Shown: positions 22,901 to 35,000 of the stretch, piece by piece
How the letters are laid out: the number at the start of each line of letters is the position of its first letter
Position numbering within the stretch: the stretch's first letter is position 1
NCBI GenBank assembly: GCA_010909165.1
Contig: MU008174.1
Location: forward strand, 806,001 to 870,000
Length of the DNA stretch: 64,000 nucleotides
Reading direction: 5' to 3'
Origin: Anthoceros angustus
Taxonomy: Eukaryota; Plantae; Anthocerotophyta
Notes under the pieces: model-generated
What the model saw: the letters and a program-made list of their open reading frames with translations, nothing else
Told to the model about the DNA's origin: nothing
The model's database searches: none
Made by a program: the position numbers and the translations under genes

Positions 22901-25900
22901 GTTTTGGTTCGAGATGAAACATGCTGGCTTCAGAACAAGTAAGAGAAGCTTCTGATTGGTGTTTATTTCCTTGTAATGTGTGTCTGTATTGTGAGTAACA
23001 TCACCACTTTGCGTCTAGCAGAAATGTGGATGGAATGACTTCTTGTGAGGTTATGTGTTTACCCAATGAAGCAGCACTGCTCAGCTGCCTTGTACAGTTG
23101 GTGAAGCTGTATGATCCAGATATTTTGGTAGGATGGGAGATCCAGCGTTTCTCTCTGGGGCTTTTGGCAGAAAGGGCTGCCAATCTTGGCATTGGACTTC
23201 TTAAGCAGCTTTCACGAACACAAAGAGGGAAGGATGAGGATCTTACTGGACAGCAGGATGCCCAAAGGAACTCAGACAAGAGCCTTTTTGGAGGAATGCA
23301 GGTTGAGACCACAGGGGCGAATGAACCTATCATAGATGATGAGTGGGGAAGAACTCATGGAAGTGGCATCTATGTTGGTGGTCGGATTGTTTTGAACTTA
23401 TGGCGGATCATGCGTGGGGAAGTTAAACTTGGAATATACTCGTTGGAAGCGGTAGCAGAGGTGGTATTGAGAAGAAGGGTTCCTCGCATACCTTGGAGGA
23501 CTTTGTCAGAATGGTTCTCTGGGGGACCAGGTGGTGCCCGATTCAGGTGTCTAGAGTATTTTGTGGACAGGGCAAGGCTTAATCTGCAGATAATGGATCA
23601 ACTTGACCTGGTGGGATGTTACTTGGCCTCTTGTGTTGTCTTCTTGGCTGAATGGATGATGAGATCTTCTCCAGAGACTTAATGCATCTCAGTTCATGAT
23701 AAGCAGGTGAATCGTACAGCTGAGCTGGCACGAATTTTTGGCATAGACTTCTTTTCAGTATTTTCTCGTGGATCACAGTATCGAGTTGAATCTATGATGC
23801 TACGCTTAGCACATACTCAGAACTTCCTTATGGTCTCTCCAAGTAAGCAGCAGGTATATTAGTCTCCAAGGATAAGTCCACATAGCATGGTCCGGAGATC
23901 TGTTGCCCACAGGAACTGAACTTGAATGACCGTCTGTAGGTAGCTGCACAACCAGCAATGGAATGTCTTCCCCTGGTTATGGAACCAGAGTCAAGATTCT
24001 ACACCAGCCCGGTGGTGGTGCTAGACTTCCAGTCACTGTACCCATCAATCATCATCGCGTACAATCTCTGTTTCTGTACGTCCCTTGGAAAGATTGTCCC
24101 GCAGAACCCAAAGCAACTAGGGGTGACCTCAATGTATGTGCAGCCAGCTTTGCTGGCTGAACTCAAGGATAAGCTGATACTGACTCCTAATGGTGTTATG
24201 TTTACTCCTCCTGAGGTTGGTATTGAGTTCTTGCAGTTGTTAGCATGACGACTGTTCCATGGGTGTGTCAGATGCATCGCTCACTCGGGAGCTGGAAATG
24301 CAGGTCTGTCGTGGTGTACTGCCCAGGTTACTGGATGAGATACTTAGTACCCGCATTATGGTGAAGAAAGCAATGAAGAAACTTGCCCCAAGGGAAAGAG
24401 TCAGACAAAGGGTATGAGCTTCAGTAGGACGCATTTGGGCATTTGCGTGGTCATCTCCTTATATTGTTGATAGATTAGTCGCCATGATATCCATTCTTTG
24501 CTGACATTAACAAAGCCTCGTGCAGGTTCTCAATGCACGACAATTTGCTCTGAAGTTGATAGCAAATGTGACGTATGGATACACAGCTGCTGGCTTCAGT
24601 GGCCGTATGCCATTTGCAGAGCTTGCTGATAGCATTGTCCAGCTAGGACGCATCACTCTAGAGCGAGCAATCCATCTGGTGAATGCACATCCAACATGGG
24701 GGGCTCGGGTTGTGTATGGGGACACGGACAGGTAAGGATGATGATGACGTTGATGATCGTGCATGCCCGGAGCTATAGATTTGGCTCCAGAATGGTGTGT
24801 TGGTTTCTCGCATAAGCCACTAAAGTTTTCTGTTGGTGGCAGCATGTTTGTTCTTTTAGAAGGTCGTACACGAGAGCAGGCATTCAAGATTGGTCAGGAA
24901 ATTGCCTCGACAGTAACAGCAGGAAACCCTCCACCCATTGTCCTGAAGATGGAGAAAGTATACCATCCATGTGTTCTTCTCACCAAGAAACGATATGTGG
25001 GTTACAGTTACGAGAGTGTGGGACAACCTAAACCGATTTTTGATGCCAAGGGCATTGAAACAGTGCGTAGAGACAGTTGCGCTGCAGTGGGGAAGACTAT
25101 GGAAAGTTGTTTGAGGATTCTTTTCGAATCCAAAGATCTTTCCAAGGCAAGTTTCTCTGTTTCAACTACCCTGCCTTCTCTACCAGGAGTTCAGTGTATG
25201 ACCACCTCACTCTTTCTTGCAGGTGAAACAATACCTGAGACGACAATGGGGTAAAATAATTAGTGGAAGAATATCTGTGCGTGACTTCATTTTTGCAAAG
25301 GAGGTACGACTGGGTACTTACAGTGCAAACGCATCAGTGCTCCCTCCAGCAGCCATAGTTGCCTCTAAGGCTATGAGTGTGGATCCACGAGCTGAGCCAC
25401 TGTATGGTGAACGGATCCCTTACGTTGTCATCCATGGCGAACCAGGCGCTCGTCTGGTGGACATGGTTGTCGATCCTCACACTCTCTTGAACAACCCCCT
25501 TACCTTGCGGCTTCATGATATTTACTATATCACAAAGCAGATCATACCTGCTCTGCAAAGGATTTTTGGCCTTGTGGGAGTTGAGCTGAAGGTATGGTAC
25601 AACGAAATGCCTCGGGTATATCAACTTCCGTCCAAGAAGCCCCTTCATCCAAAAGGTAAGTTAGATTTGGTGAAATTGCAACATCGAGCCACTCATAGAG
25701 CGACGATAGATAACTACTATCTATCCCGCCATTGTCCTGTCTGTGGAGCCTTTACTCGTGGGTCGGGTGCTGTTTGCCCCACCTGCTCCAAGGATCCTGT
25801 GCTGGTGACTGTGGTCATGACTGGCAGAACATCTCAGTTGGAGCGCGAGCTCAAACATCTGGAGGCAGTAAGCATGCAACTCTCTTTTCACAACATTTCT

Positions 25901-26184
25901 TGTGTTCGCAGTACCATGTTGGATTGGATGCCACCTGTCATAGTCAGTCATAGCTAATGAGTCACAGTTTTGCACCAGTCTGATCTGCCTCCATTTCTTC
26001 TCAGATCTGCCGGCATTGTGGTGGTGACGATGGCAGGCCCCAGGGAAAGATAAGTTGTGTGTCGTTAGATTGTCCTGTCTTTTTTGAACGGCGGAAAGCA
26101 GACACGGAGTTACAATCTGCTGTAGCAACACAACAACAAGCCTGCACTAGTCCACATGGTTTGCTTGAATCTGAACTTTTCTAG
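16971..26184 (+). CDS. REV3: DNA polymerase zeta catalytic subunit, multi-exon
   Basis: N-terminal [12 protein letters not shown]; PolB motifs [29 protein letters not shown] and KGIETVRRD; C-terminal CysA (RHCPVC..VCPTC) and CysB ([21 protein letters not shown]); TAG at 26182-26184. One GC-AG intron at 25147-25222. Confidence 0.97.
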
Positions 26185-26504
26185 CAACCTGTGAATACTG
26201 GCTGTCGGCACTCCTATGTGTACCAAAACATGTATATATATTTTCCTTGCTGTTGATTAACCTATAGAAGCGAAGAGCAATTGTTTGATGGATTCAAGCT
26301 TTAAGGACTTGCCTCCGCTGTTGTAAGGCCCTTCATGGCTCCGGAGTTGTCAGAGGCTGAAAGGGCCTCGCCTGAAAAACAAATGTAGAGGACCTGAAGT
26401 AAAAATATGCAGGTAAAACCGGTTTCCCAGTTTCGTCTAAGCTCTCCGTTTCGTGTCGCAGAGTCTCTGCTCATAGCCTCCAACCACTATCGACAGATGA
26501 TGGG

Positions 26505-29500
26505 TCAAGATGGTTCACACTGTCCTCCCTTTATTTTGGAACGAACTTGTTTTAACCTCGCACATCCACCTTCCCCGTCGGAATGTATTTTATCCATAGC
26601 TAGGAAACCATGCACCACTCCGTCCTTGTCTGTCCACCAGCTCTGACCTGGCTGCTTCCATGCCCTGACTCGTCTCCTTCTTGCCTGCATCTCTTGTGCC
26701 TGCTCCCACATTTGGGCACTTGTGTATATGTTCGCCATCAACACATATGCTGCAGCATCACTTTTGTCCAAATTCACTGCTTCATTAAAAGCATGTCGTC
26801 CTACCTCCACATTACACCACTTTCGACAAGCACCCAAGAGAGTGTGCCAAACTGCAGCATCAGGCATTGCAGGCATTCTCCTTACCAAAGCTAGCGCCTC
26901 CTCAAGGTGGCCTGCACGACCCATAAGATCTACCATGCACGTGTAGTGCTCTGCTGTCGGAGTGATGCCATAGTGTGTGCTCATGGTATCGAAGTACTCA
27001 AGCCCCTTGTGCACCAGACCTGCGTGACTGCATACTTTTAGAACACTGAGGAATGTGATGCCAGTGGGTTCTACACCATGCTCTCGCATTTTATGAAACA
27101 AGTCAGAGACTACATCACCGTCTCCTTGATCGGTGTAGCCAGAGATTAGCGCATTCCAGGCTACGATGTCTCTTTCAGCCAACATATCAAACACCTTTTG
27201 TGCATCAACCATGCTCCCAGACTTTCCATACATGTTTATCAAACTGACAGCTACTAGCACATTGCTGTCCAGCCCTTGTTCTTCAATCTGTGCATGAATC
27301 CTCCTTCCCAGATGTAGAGCAGCTACATTGGCACATGCTTGCAGGAGGCACACAAATGTCACAGAATCCGGTGCAACAGTGCCTTCTTCATGCATAGCCC
27401 GGTAGAGACATAGAGCTTCGAGGTCCAAGCCCTGCTGGAAGTATCCTGTTATCATGGCATTCCACGTCACCACGTCTTTCTGGGTAAGCCTGTCAAACAT
27501 TTTTTGAGCATCTCCCAGGCTGCCACACTTGGCATACATATCTACCAAACTATTGGCTACAAACATATCAGCTGGAAGACCTCGTTCTCTAATTTGTGCA
27601 TGAAGCTGCTTGCCCTTCTCCAAAGCTGAGACTCCTACACTTGCACATGCTTGTAGGACGGACACAAAAGTCACAGAATCTGGTGCAACCCTTCCTGCTT
27701 CTTCCATAGCCTTGTGAAGACGAAGGGCTTCCTGGCCCATGCCCTGCTGCGAATGTCCTGCAATCATGGCATTCCACATTACGACATCTTTCTCAGAGAG
27801 CCTGTCAAACATTCTTTGTGTGTCTTCAAACCTTCCAGACTTTGCGTATCCTGCTAATAGAGTGGTCCATGTAACCACATTTTTGTCATCAAGTCTGTAG
27901 AATACATGCTCAGCGTCCTCTAGGCTTCCACACTTTGCGTACATGTCTACCAAGCTGCAACCTATAATAGCGTTGACCGTGAGTCCTAGTTCTTCAATCT
28001 GTGCGTGAAGCTGTTTCCCTTTCTGCAAAGCCTGGATACCCACACTTGCACATGCCTGCAGAAGAGACACAAATGTCACAGGATCTGGTACAGCAAAGCC
28101 CTCGTCTTGCATATCTGTGTAGAGATGAAGGGCTTCCTGACCCATGCCACGCTGGGCATATCCTGCTATCAAAGCTGTCCACGTGACCACGTCTTTTTTA
28201 TCAAGATCGTCAAATGCTCTTTGAGCATCTTCCAAGCTGCCGCACTTGGCATACATGTTCACCAAACTGTTGGCTACAAACACATCAGCTTGCAGGCCGC
28301 GTTCTCTAATTTCCCACTGCATCTGCCTCCCTTTCTCCAAAGCAGGCGTGCCCACACTTGCACATGCCTGCAGAAGGCACACAAATGTCACAGAATCGGG
28401 TGCAACAGTGCCTATTTCTTGCATCGCTCTGTAAACTAGAAGGGCTTCCTGCAGCATGCCCTGCTGGGAATACCCTGCAATCATAGCATTCCATGTCGTC
28501 ACATTCTTATGAGGAAGTCCATCAAACACACCCTGAGCATCCACTAGGCTGCCACACTTCACGTACATCTTCACCAGACTGCAACCTACAACAACATCAA
28601 TCTGAAGTCCTCGTTCTCCAATATGTGCATGAAGCTGTTTGCCCTTCTCCAAAGCAGGGGCGCCCAAACTTGCACACCCCTGCAGGAGGCACAAAAAAGT
28701 CACAGAATCGGGTGAAGTTATGCCTTCCTCTTGCATAGTACTGTAAAGCCTGAAGGCTTCCTGCCACATGCTCTGCTGAGAATATCCTGCTATCATAGCA
28801 TTCCACGACACTATATCCTTTTGGCCAAGTGCGTCGAACACTCTTCGAGCATCTTCCAAACTGCCACACTTTGCATACATGTCCATCAAGGAATTCCAAA
28901 CAAACAAATCAGGCTCAGAACCATCAAACCCACTGGCTAGCACATCAGCATGCACCTGCTGCCCAGCTTTCAAGTCCGATTCCCTTGCACAAGCTTGAAG
29001 GACTGCGACAAATACATGCCCATCTGGCTTCACACTTGACCTGCCCATCTCATACAATTCTATCGCCTGCTCAGCCAGCCCCTGGTTAACATGTGCAGAG
29101 ATTATGGAAGACCACATAAAAGCATCTGGCTTGGCAACCACAGTAAAGACAGCCATCGCTTCGTGCAACCTGCCATGAGAAGCATACATTCGAATGATGT
29201 GGTTGCACAAGAACGTGTCCAACTCATACCCCTGCTCCACAATGAGAGCATGAACACGGCGACCCAGAGCCAGATCCCTCTGATCCACACATTTTTTCAT
29301 GAAGTTATAGAAAACAGATGCAGCTATACCACTCCCTCTCTGCACCAGAACTCCCAGACCCTCAACAGCCTCAGTGAGCTGCTCCTGCTTACATAGTTGG
29401 CTCACGCTTTCAGCTGATACGGCCCTCTCGTATCCTGCAGACCTGCCAGGGTCCCGATCACGACCCGTCTGCATTTCCATAGCAGACAGTTCCACATCAG

Positions 29501-29795
29501 CCCAAGCTGGCTTGCACAGGGACTCTGTGTGCCAGAAGCCCCGAGAATGCACCCTGTGCTCAAGTTGCCTGCTGTCCCCCCAATGTGTATGGTCCAGAAA
29601 ACACCGTCGCCAGAGGAACTCATGACGTCCACCCTTCCCAGCCAGGAGGCATTCTCTTGAACGGTCTGAGATCGGTGCAAGGCTCCCCCCACTGGAGGCA
29701 TCCTTGCTCCGTAACTCTTCCCACCTTGAAGTCAGGCCAGCGGGCCTTATCCTCCGACACCTGTAATCCCACCAATTCTTTCTCCAAGCATCCAT
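26505..29795 (-). CDS. PLS-class PPR protein, E1-E2 plus truncated WW-type DYW N-terminus (no deaminase); PPR-1
   Basis: 1096-aa single ORF with 104-aa P-L-S triplets and one SS motif. It ends WKQPGQSWWTD..VHGF.. and stops before any HxE/CxxC. Confidence 0.95.
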   Translation of the reverse strand: MDAWRKNWWDYRCRRIRPAGLTSRWEELRSKDASSGGSLAPISDRSRECLLAGKGGRHEFLWRRCFLDHTHWGDSRQLEHRVHSRGFWHTESLCKPAWADVELSAMEMQTGRDRDPGRSAGYERAVSAESVSQLCKQEQLTEAVEGLGVLVQRGSGIAASVFYNFMKKCVDQRDLALGRRVHALIVEQGYELDTFLCNHIIRMYASHGRLHEAMAVFTVVAKPDAFMWSSIISAHVNQGLAEQAIELYEMGRSSVKPDGHVFVAVLQACARESDLKAGQQVHADVLASGFDGSEPDLFVWNSLMDMYAKCGSLEDARRVFDALGQKDIVSWNAMIAGYSQQSMWQEAFRLYSTMQEEGITSPDSVTFLCLLQGCASLGAPALEKGKQLHAHIGERGLQIDVVVGCSLVKMYVKCGSLVDAQGVFDGLPHKNVTTWNAMIAGYSQQGMLQEALLVYRAMQEIGTVAPDSVTFVCLLQACASVGTPALEKGRQMQWEIRERGLQADVFVANSLVNMYAKCGSLEDAQRAFDDLDKKDVVTWTALIAGYAQRGMGQEALHLYTDMQDEGFAVPDPVTFVSLLQACASVGIQALQKGKQLHAQIEELGLTVNAIIGCSLVDMYAKCGSLEDAEHVFYRLDDKNVVTWTTLLAGYAKSGRFEDTQRMFDRLSEKDVVMWNAMIAGHSQQGMGQEALRLHKAMEEAGRVAPDSVTFVSVLQACASVGVSALEKGKQLHAQIRERGLPADMFVANSLVDMYAKCGSLGDAQKMFDRLTQKDVVTWNAMITGYFQQGLDLEALCLYRAMHEEGTVAPDSVTFVCLLQACANVAALHLGRRIHAQIEEQGLDSNVLVAVSLINMYGKSGSMVDAQKVFDMLAERDIVAWNALISGYTDQGDGDVVSDLFHKMREHGVEPTGITFLSVLKVCSHAGLVHKGLEYFDTMSTHYGITPTAEHYTCMVDLMGRAGHLEEALALVRRMPAMPDAAVWHTLLGACRKWCNVEVGRHAFNEAVNLDKSDAAAYVLMANIYTSAQMWEQAQEMQARRRRVRAWKQPGQSWWTDKDGVVHGFLAMDKIHSDGEGGCARLKQVRSKIKGGQCEPS

Positions 29796-30169
29796 GATTC
29801 ACCCAAACCAGCTGAGCTAATGACAGTGTCCATATCCACCGCATTCGTGCTTCTGCGATGTCAAGCCCAGACATTATTAGCTCCAGGTTTGCTGTCTGCC
29901 TCTCCCCGTCTTCATCGCAGTTGCTCACACATCTCTGTGGTGCTTGAGAGATCGGAGGCATTTGTACTCGATCATTGTTGCTGTCATATCTTTAGTGCAA
30001 GGAAGAACTCACGCATTTGTAATCAGTTGCTCTCACATGGGTAGTGTCTGGAAGGTCTTAAGGATTTGTATCTGGTCTTTGTTGCTCTCGCATCGCATCG
30101 ACGATCTCAAACATTTGTATTTGAAAATACTCATTTTGTGTCCCACTGTGTTGCTCTCACGTCCAGGCC

Positions 30170-30290
30170 AGGGGGCTACTAAACAGTGGGGTCCACCATC
30201 CGGGCACTCGCCCAAGACCGGTGCCCTCCGGTTCCCGGTGTCTATATGCTATAGCTCCATTTCCATGCCCATGTCCCCACGGTCACCAAA
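30170..30290 (+). repeat. Dispersed repeat family 'R', copy B
   Basis: CTACTAAACAGTGGGGTCCACCATC..TCGCCCAAGAC.GGTGCCCTCCGGTTCC aligns to copies A and C. Confidence 0.65.
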
Positions 30291-30444
30291 ACCACACGAT
30301 GCACATGGATGACGGGTTACGGATAGAAAATATGCAGGGTTGAGAGCGACGTCGAGTATGAAAAATGTAAAAGAAAGTAACGTCGAAAAGATGTAAAAAA
30401 AATAAAATTTTTTCAAAGGAAAATTGAACTTGCGACAAGTGAAG

Positions 30445-30878
30445 GTGACTAGCTGACAAGACACAACAACTTTATTTATGTCCACCAAGGATGGAAGGAC
30501 CATATGGAAAAGAACACATGTATCTTTAAACTAGAAAGACAAGAGTAATTGTTCTAGATGAGAGAAAAATGAAGCAAAAATTATAAGAGAGGGAAAAAAA
30601 AGACAAAACACTATAAGGAGCCTGACAAAGCCTGCCAATGATATGGAGCTCATAGATATAGACCAAAGAGCTTAGGGATATGAAAGGAGAAGAATCTGTG
30701 CAAGGAAAAATTAGCACACTAAAAAAAGAGTATATTGAGCACGAATGTTAGCATAGACAGGACAAAGAGTGGAGAAATGTATTTCAGATTCAAGGACCAT
30801 GGAGAAGAGCTTGCAACTCAGTCCTTCTTGATGAGGTAAAGCCAGAGGCTGGTCTCAATCTGAGGTGATAGGGAAGTG
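30445..30878 (-). mobile_element. LINE 3' fragment (same family as 8230-8771), minus strand
   Basis: Reverse complement: degenerate HLRIET..CKL..ESEIHF..CPVYANIRAQY, 3' UTR, then ATGGTCCTTCCATCCTTGGTGGACATAAATAAAGTTGTTG. Confidence 0.75.
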
Positions 30879-30883
30879 ACCAA

Positions 30884-31400
30884 TGACCTTAGTTCTCCTC
30901 TCTTCTTCAAACTCAATACACTCATTGATCAGTTCCATGTTAGCTCCGATCACCTTCAGATCGAGACAAGCCATTGGCTTGAGCCTGAGTCGTCTTAGGA
31001 AGAAAATTTTACAAGCTTTGTTCCCTGGCCCCAAAATTGAAGAGCTTTTCCTACCTCGCCTGCTGACATTTGGGCTTGATACACTCTTCTTTTTGAGTGG
31101 GTTGATTTCTTCCGTATATTGTTCTCTTTTTATATCCTCAAGCTCTCTTTTCATATCTCTAAGCACATGCTTTATTGAACACCTTATAAATTTTGCCTTC
31201 TTTTTCTGCCTATTTTTTTCTCTTTTATAACTTTCACCGTCTTTTTCTTTGCTGAAAGAGTCACTGCTTTTTTTTGGTTCAGCCCTACTTATGTGTACTC
31301 GATTTTATCTCTTTCTGTATTATCTTTATCTCATGACGGTCCTTTATCCCACCCATGATGGTCCTTGCACTTAGTGGACATTAAAAAAAAAGAAGTTGTT
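30884..31400 (+). mobile_element. LINE 3' fragment, plus strand, back-to-back with the previous copy
   Basis: ACCTTAGTTCTCCTCTC..TTCAAACTCA matches the 8250-8290 region; 3' end GATGGTCCTTGCACTTAGTGGACATTAAAA..GTTGTTG. Confidence 0.75.
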
Positions 31401-31499
31401 GTGTCTTTTCAGCTACTCTCGGCCATACTACAAGGGCACGTCAGCTTAATGACAACGCGTTTAAATTAGAACTGGAAAAGGGCGTCGTGTCGAGTTAGG

Positions 31500-31695
31500 G
31501 CACAGTGGTATGGGGTATAGGGAATGGGCCATGGGAGGATCGCGCCAATATGGCTTTCGGAAACAAGATCTGGCATATGTTTGTTGACAAGCCCATAAGC
31601 ACAGGGGAACCGAAGGGCGCCGTCTTGGGCGAATGAAGGGCCCCACCGCGTAGTAAAACGTCTCCATTGAGCTTGTAAGGTTGAATAGCCTCTGC
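31500..31695 (-). repeat. Dispersed repeat family 'R', copy C
   Basis: The reverse complement aligns with 7682-7800 over about 120 bp. Confidence 0.75.
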
Positions 31696-32061
31696 CCACA
31701 TCCAGAGTCATGGAATGATCTGAAGCATGTGTATTCTATCCTCGTCAGTTATTTGTCGTGTGCATGAGAGAGTTGTTAGAAGATGAAAGGCAGTTGCTTT
31801 TGTTATTGGTCTTGCCAATTTGTGGAGAAGGAGGAATCTTTGCGAGGTTTGGATCATCAAGAGACATGTTATCCACGAAGTCTTGCTTGCTTAGATTATG
31901 TTAGATACCTTCATGATTTGATGCGTTCGATGCCTACCCTGGTTGGATAACGGCTCACACTTCCAGCGGTCATGGAAGAAAACATACCTTAGACTGCAGC
32001 GATTTCTCTTCTTGTTGGCCAAGATTCGATCATCGGTGTCTTTGAGGTGTTTCTGCCTCGC

Positions 32062-35000
32062 TCATATGTCTTTCACTCTCGGGAGGCCTTCATCCCCAAC
32101 CAAGAAATTATGCACCAGGCCATCCATGTCTGTCCACCAGCACTGGCCAGGCTGCTTCCATGCCCTGATTCCTGTTCGCCTCGTCTGCATTTCATGTGCC
32201 TGCTCCCACATCTGGGCACCTGTGTATATGTTCGACATCAAAAGATAAGCTGCGGCGTCCATTTTGTCTACCTTCACTGCTTCATCAAAAGCATGATATC
32301 CCAGCTCTACGTTCCCCCACTTTTGACAAGCACCCAATAGAGCGTGCCAAACTGCAGCATTGGGTTGTACAGGAATTGTCCTTAACAAATCCACTGCTTC
32401 CTCCAACTGGCCTGCACGACCCAGGAGATCCACCATGCATGTGTAGTGCTCTGCAGTGGGAGTGATGCCATAGAGTCTGCTCATAGCCTTGAAGTACTGT
32501 TGCCCCTCGTGCACTAGCCCCTTATGACTACATACTGTTAATACACTGAGGAATGTGATGCCTGTCGGCTGTATGCCATCCTTTCTCATTCTGCGGAACA
32601 AGTCGAAGACACCTTTGCTGTCTCCTTGACAAGTGTAACCTGCAATTAGTGAATTCCAGACCACGTCGTCTCGTTCAATCAATGTGTCAAAGACCTGCTG
32701 TGCATCAACCATGCTCCCGACCTTTGAATACATGTTTATTAAACTGGCTGCTACGAGAACATCAGCGTGAAGCCCTTGTTCTTCAATCTGTGCATGGAGT
32801 TGCCTTCCCACATGCAAAGCTGCCACATTTGCACATGCCTTCAGAAGGCACACATATGTCACAGAATCTGGTGCAATTATGCTGCCTTCTTGCATAGCCT
32901 TGTAAAGACACAGGGCTTCCTGTCCCATCCCTTGCTGGGAATATCCTGAAATCATCGCATTCCATGTGACAACATCCTTCTGAGCAAGCCCGTCGAATAT
33001 CCTTTGAGCATCCGCTAAGCTGCCACACTTTGCGTACATGTATACCAAGCTATTGGCAACAAACACATCTGCTTGAAGTCTTCGTTCTCTAATTTGTGCA
33101 TGAAGCTCCTTCCCCTTCTCCAGAGCGAGGGTACCCACACTTGCACATGCTTGCAAGAGGGACACATATGTCACACAATCAGGTGCAACAAGGTCTTCGT
33201 CTTGCATAATGCTATATAAAGACAGGGCCTCCTGACCCATGCCTTGCTGGGAATATCCTGCAATCACAGCATTCCATGTCACCACATCTTTCTCAGGAAG
33301 CTGGTCAAACATTCTTTGAGCATCTTGCAACTTGCCAGATTTTGCATATCCTGTTATGAGGGTGGTCCATGTTACCACGTTTTTTTGACGAAGTCCATCA
33401 AACACGTCCTGAGCATGCTCTAGGCTGCCACACTTTGCATACATGTTTACCAGGCTGCAGCCTACAACAACGTCAAGTTTAAGTCCTCGTTCAACAATCT
33501 GTTGATGAAGATATTTCCCCTTCTCCAAAGCCAGGGTACCAACACTTGCACATGCCTGCAGCAGAGACACAAATGTCACGGCATTGGGTGCAGAGATGCT
33601 CTCCTCTTGCATGACACTGTAGATTTGAAGGGCTTCCTGACCCATGCCCTGCTGGGAATATCCTGCTATCAATGCTGTCCATGTCACAACATCTTTATAT
33701 GCAAGTCCATCGAACACTCTTTGAGCGTCTTCCAAGCAACCGCACTTTGCATACATGTTTACCAGGCCACTCCCTACAAGAACATGAACCTCAAGCCCTT
33801 GTTCTCTAATCTCTGCATGAAGCTGTTTCCCCTTCTCCAAAGCCGGAGTTCCCACACTTGCACATGCCTGCAGCAGAGACAAAAACGTCACAGCATTGGG
33901 TGCGGCAACACCTTCCTCTTGCATAGCACTGTAAAGCTGAAGGGCTTCCTGACCCATACCCTGATGGGAATATCCTGCCAACAGAGCTGTCCAGGTCACC
34001 ACATCTTTCTGACCAAGTCCGTCAAACATTCTTTGAGCATCTTCCAAGCTGCCGCACTTTGCATACATGTTCACCAAGCTGTTCGCTACAGAAACATCAG
34101 TTTCAAGTGCTCGTTCTGTAGTTTGAGCATGAAGCTGCTTCCCACGCTCCAATGCCGGGCTACCCACAATTGCACAGGCCTGCAGGAGAGACACGAATGT
34201 CACAGCATTGGGTGCAGCAACGCCTTCCTCTTGCATAGCACCGTAAAGGTCAAGGGCCTCTTCACCCATGCCCTGCTGCGAATATCCTGCAATCAAAGCA
34301 GTCCATGTCACCACATCTCTCTGCCGAAGTCCATCAAACACTCGTCGAGCATCCTTCAAGCTACCACACTTGGCATACATGTCCACCAAGCAGTTAGCAA
34401 CAATCAAATGAGGCTCAGTGTCTCTGGCCAAGACATCAGCATGCACCTGCTGCCCGGTTTCCAAGTCTCCCATCTTTGCACAAGCCTGAAGGGCTGCCGC
34501 AAACACATGCCCATCTGGCTTCACACTTGACCCTCGCATGTCACGGTACAGCTGTATGGCCTGCTGAGCTTGTCCATGGGTAACATGTGCAGAGATTATG
34601 GAGGACCACATGAAGGCATCTGGCACAGCAACCACGGAAAACACTTCCATCGCTTCCTGCAACCTGCCCTGAGAAGCATACATCCGCAGGATGTGGTTGC
34701 ACAAGAAAGTGTCCGACTCATACCCCACTCTCACAGTGAGAGCATGCACACACCGACCCACAACCAGGTCCTTCTCCACAGCACACTTTTTAATCACAGA
34801 ATAAAACAGAGTTCGAGAAACACGACAGTCTGTCTGCACCAGAACTCCCAGAGCCTCAACAGCCTCAGTGAGCTGCCCCTGCTCACATAACTCGCTCACA
34901 CTCTCAGCCATTACTCTCCTTTCGTATCCTGCAGGCCTGCTAAGGCACCCATCATCCGGCATGCTCCAGTTTGATGCATGAGCAGGACACAAACAGTCTC

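Noticed and set aside
16971-26184. REV3 (error-prone polymerase) as a dedicated diversifier of the adjacent PPR island
   Set aside because: It is an ordinary intact housekeeping gene. Adjacency alone gives no mechanism, and no template/variable-repeat structure was seen.
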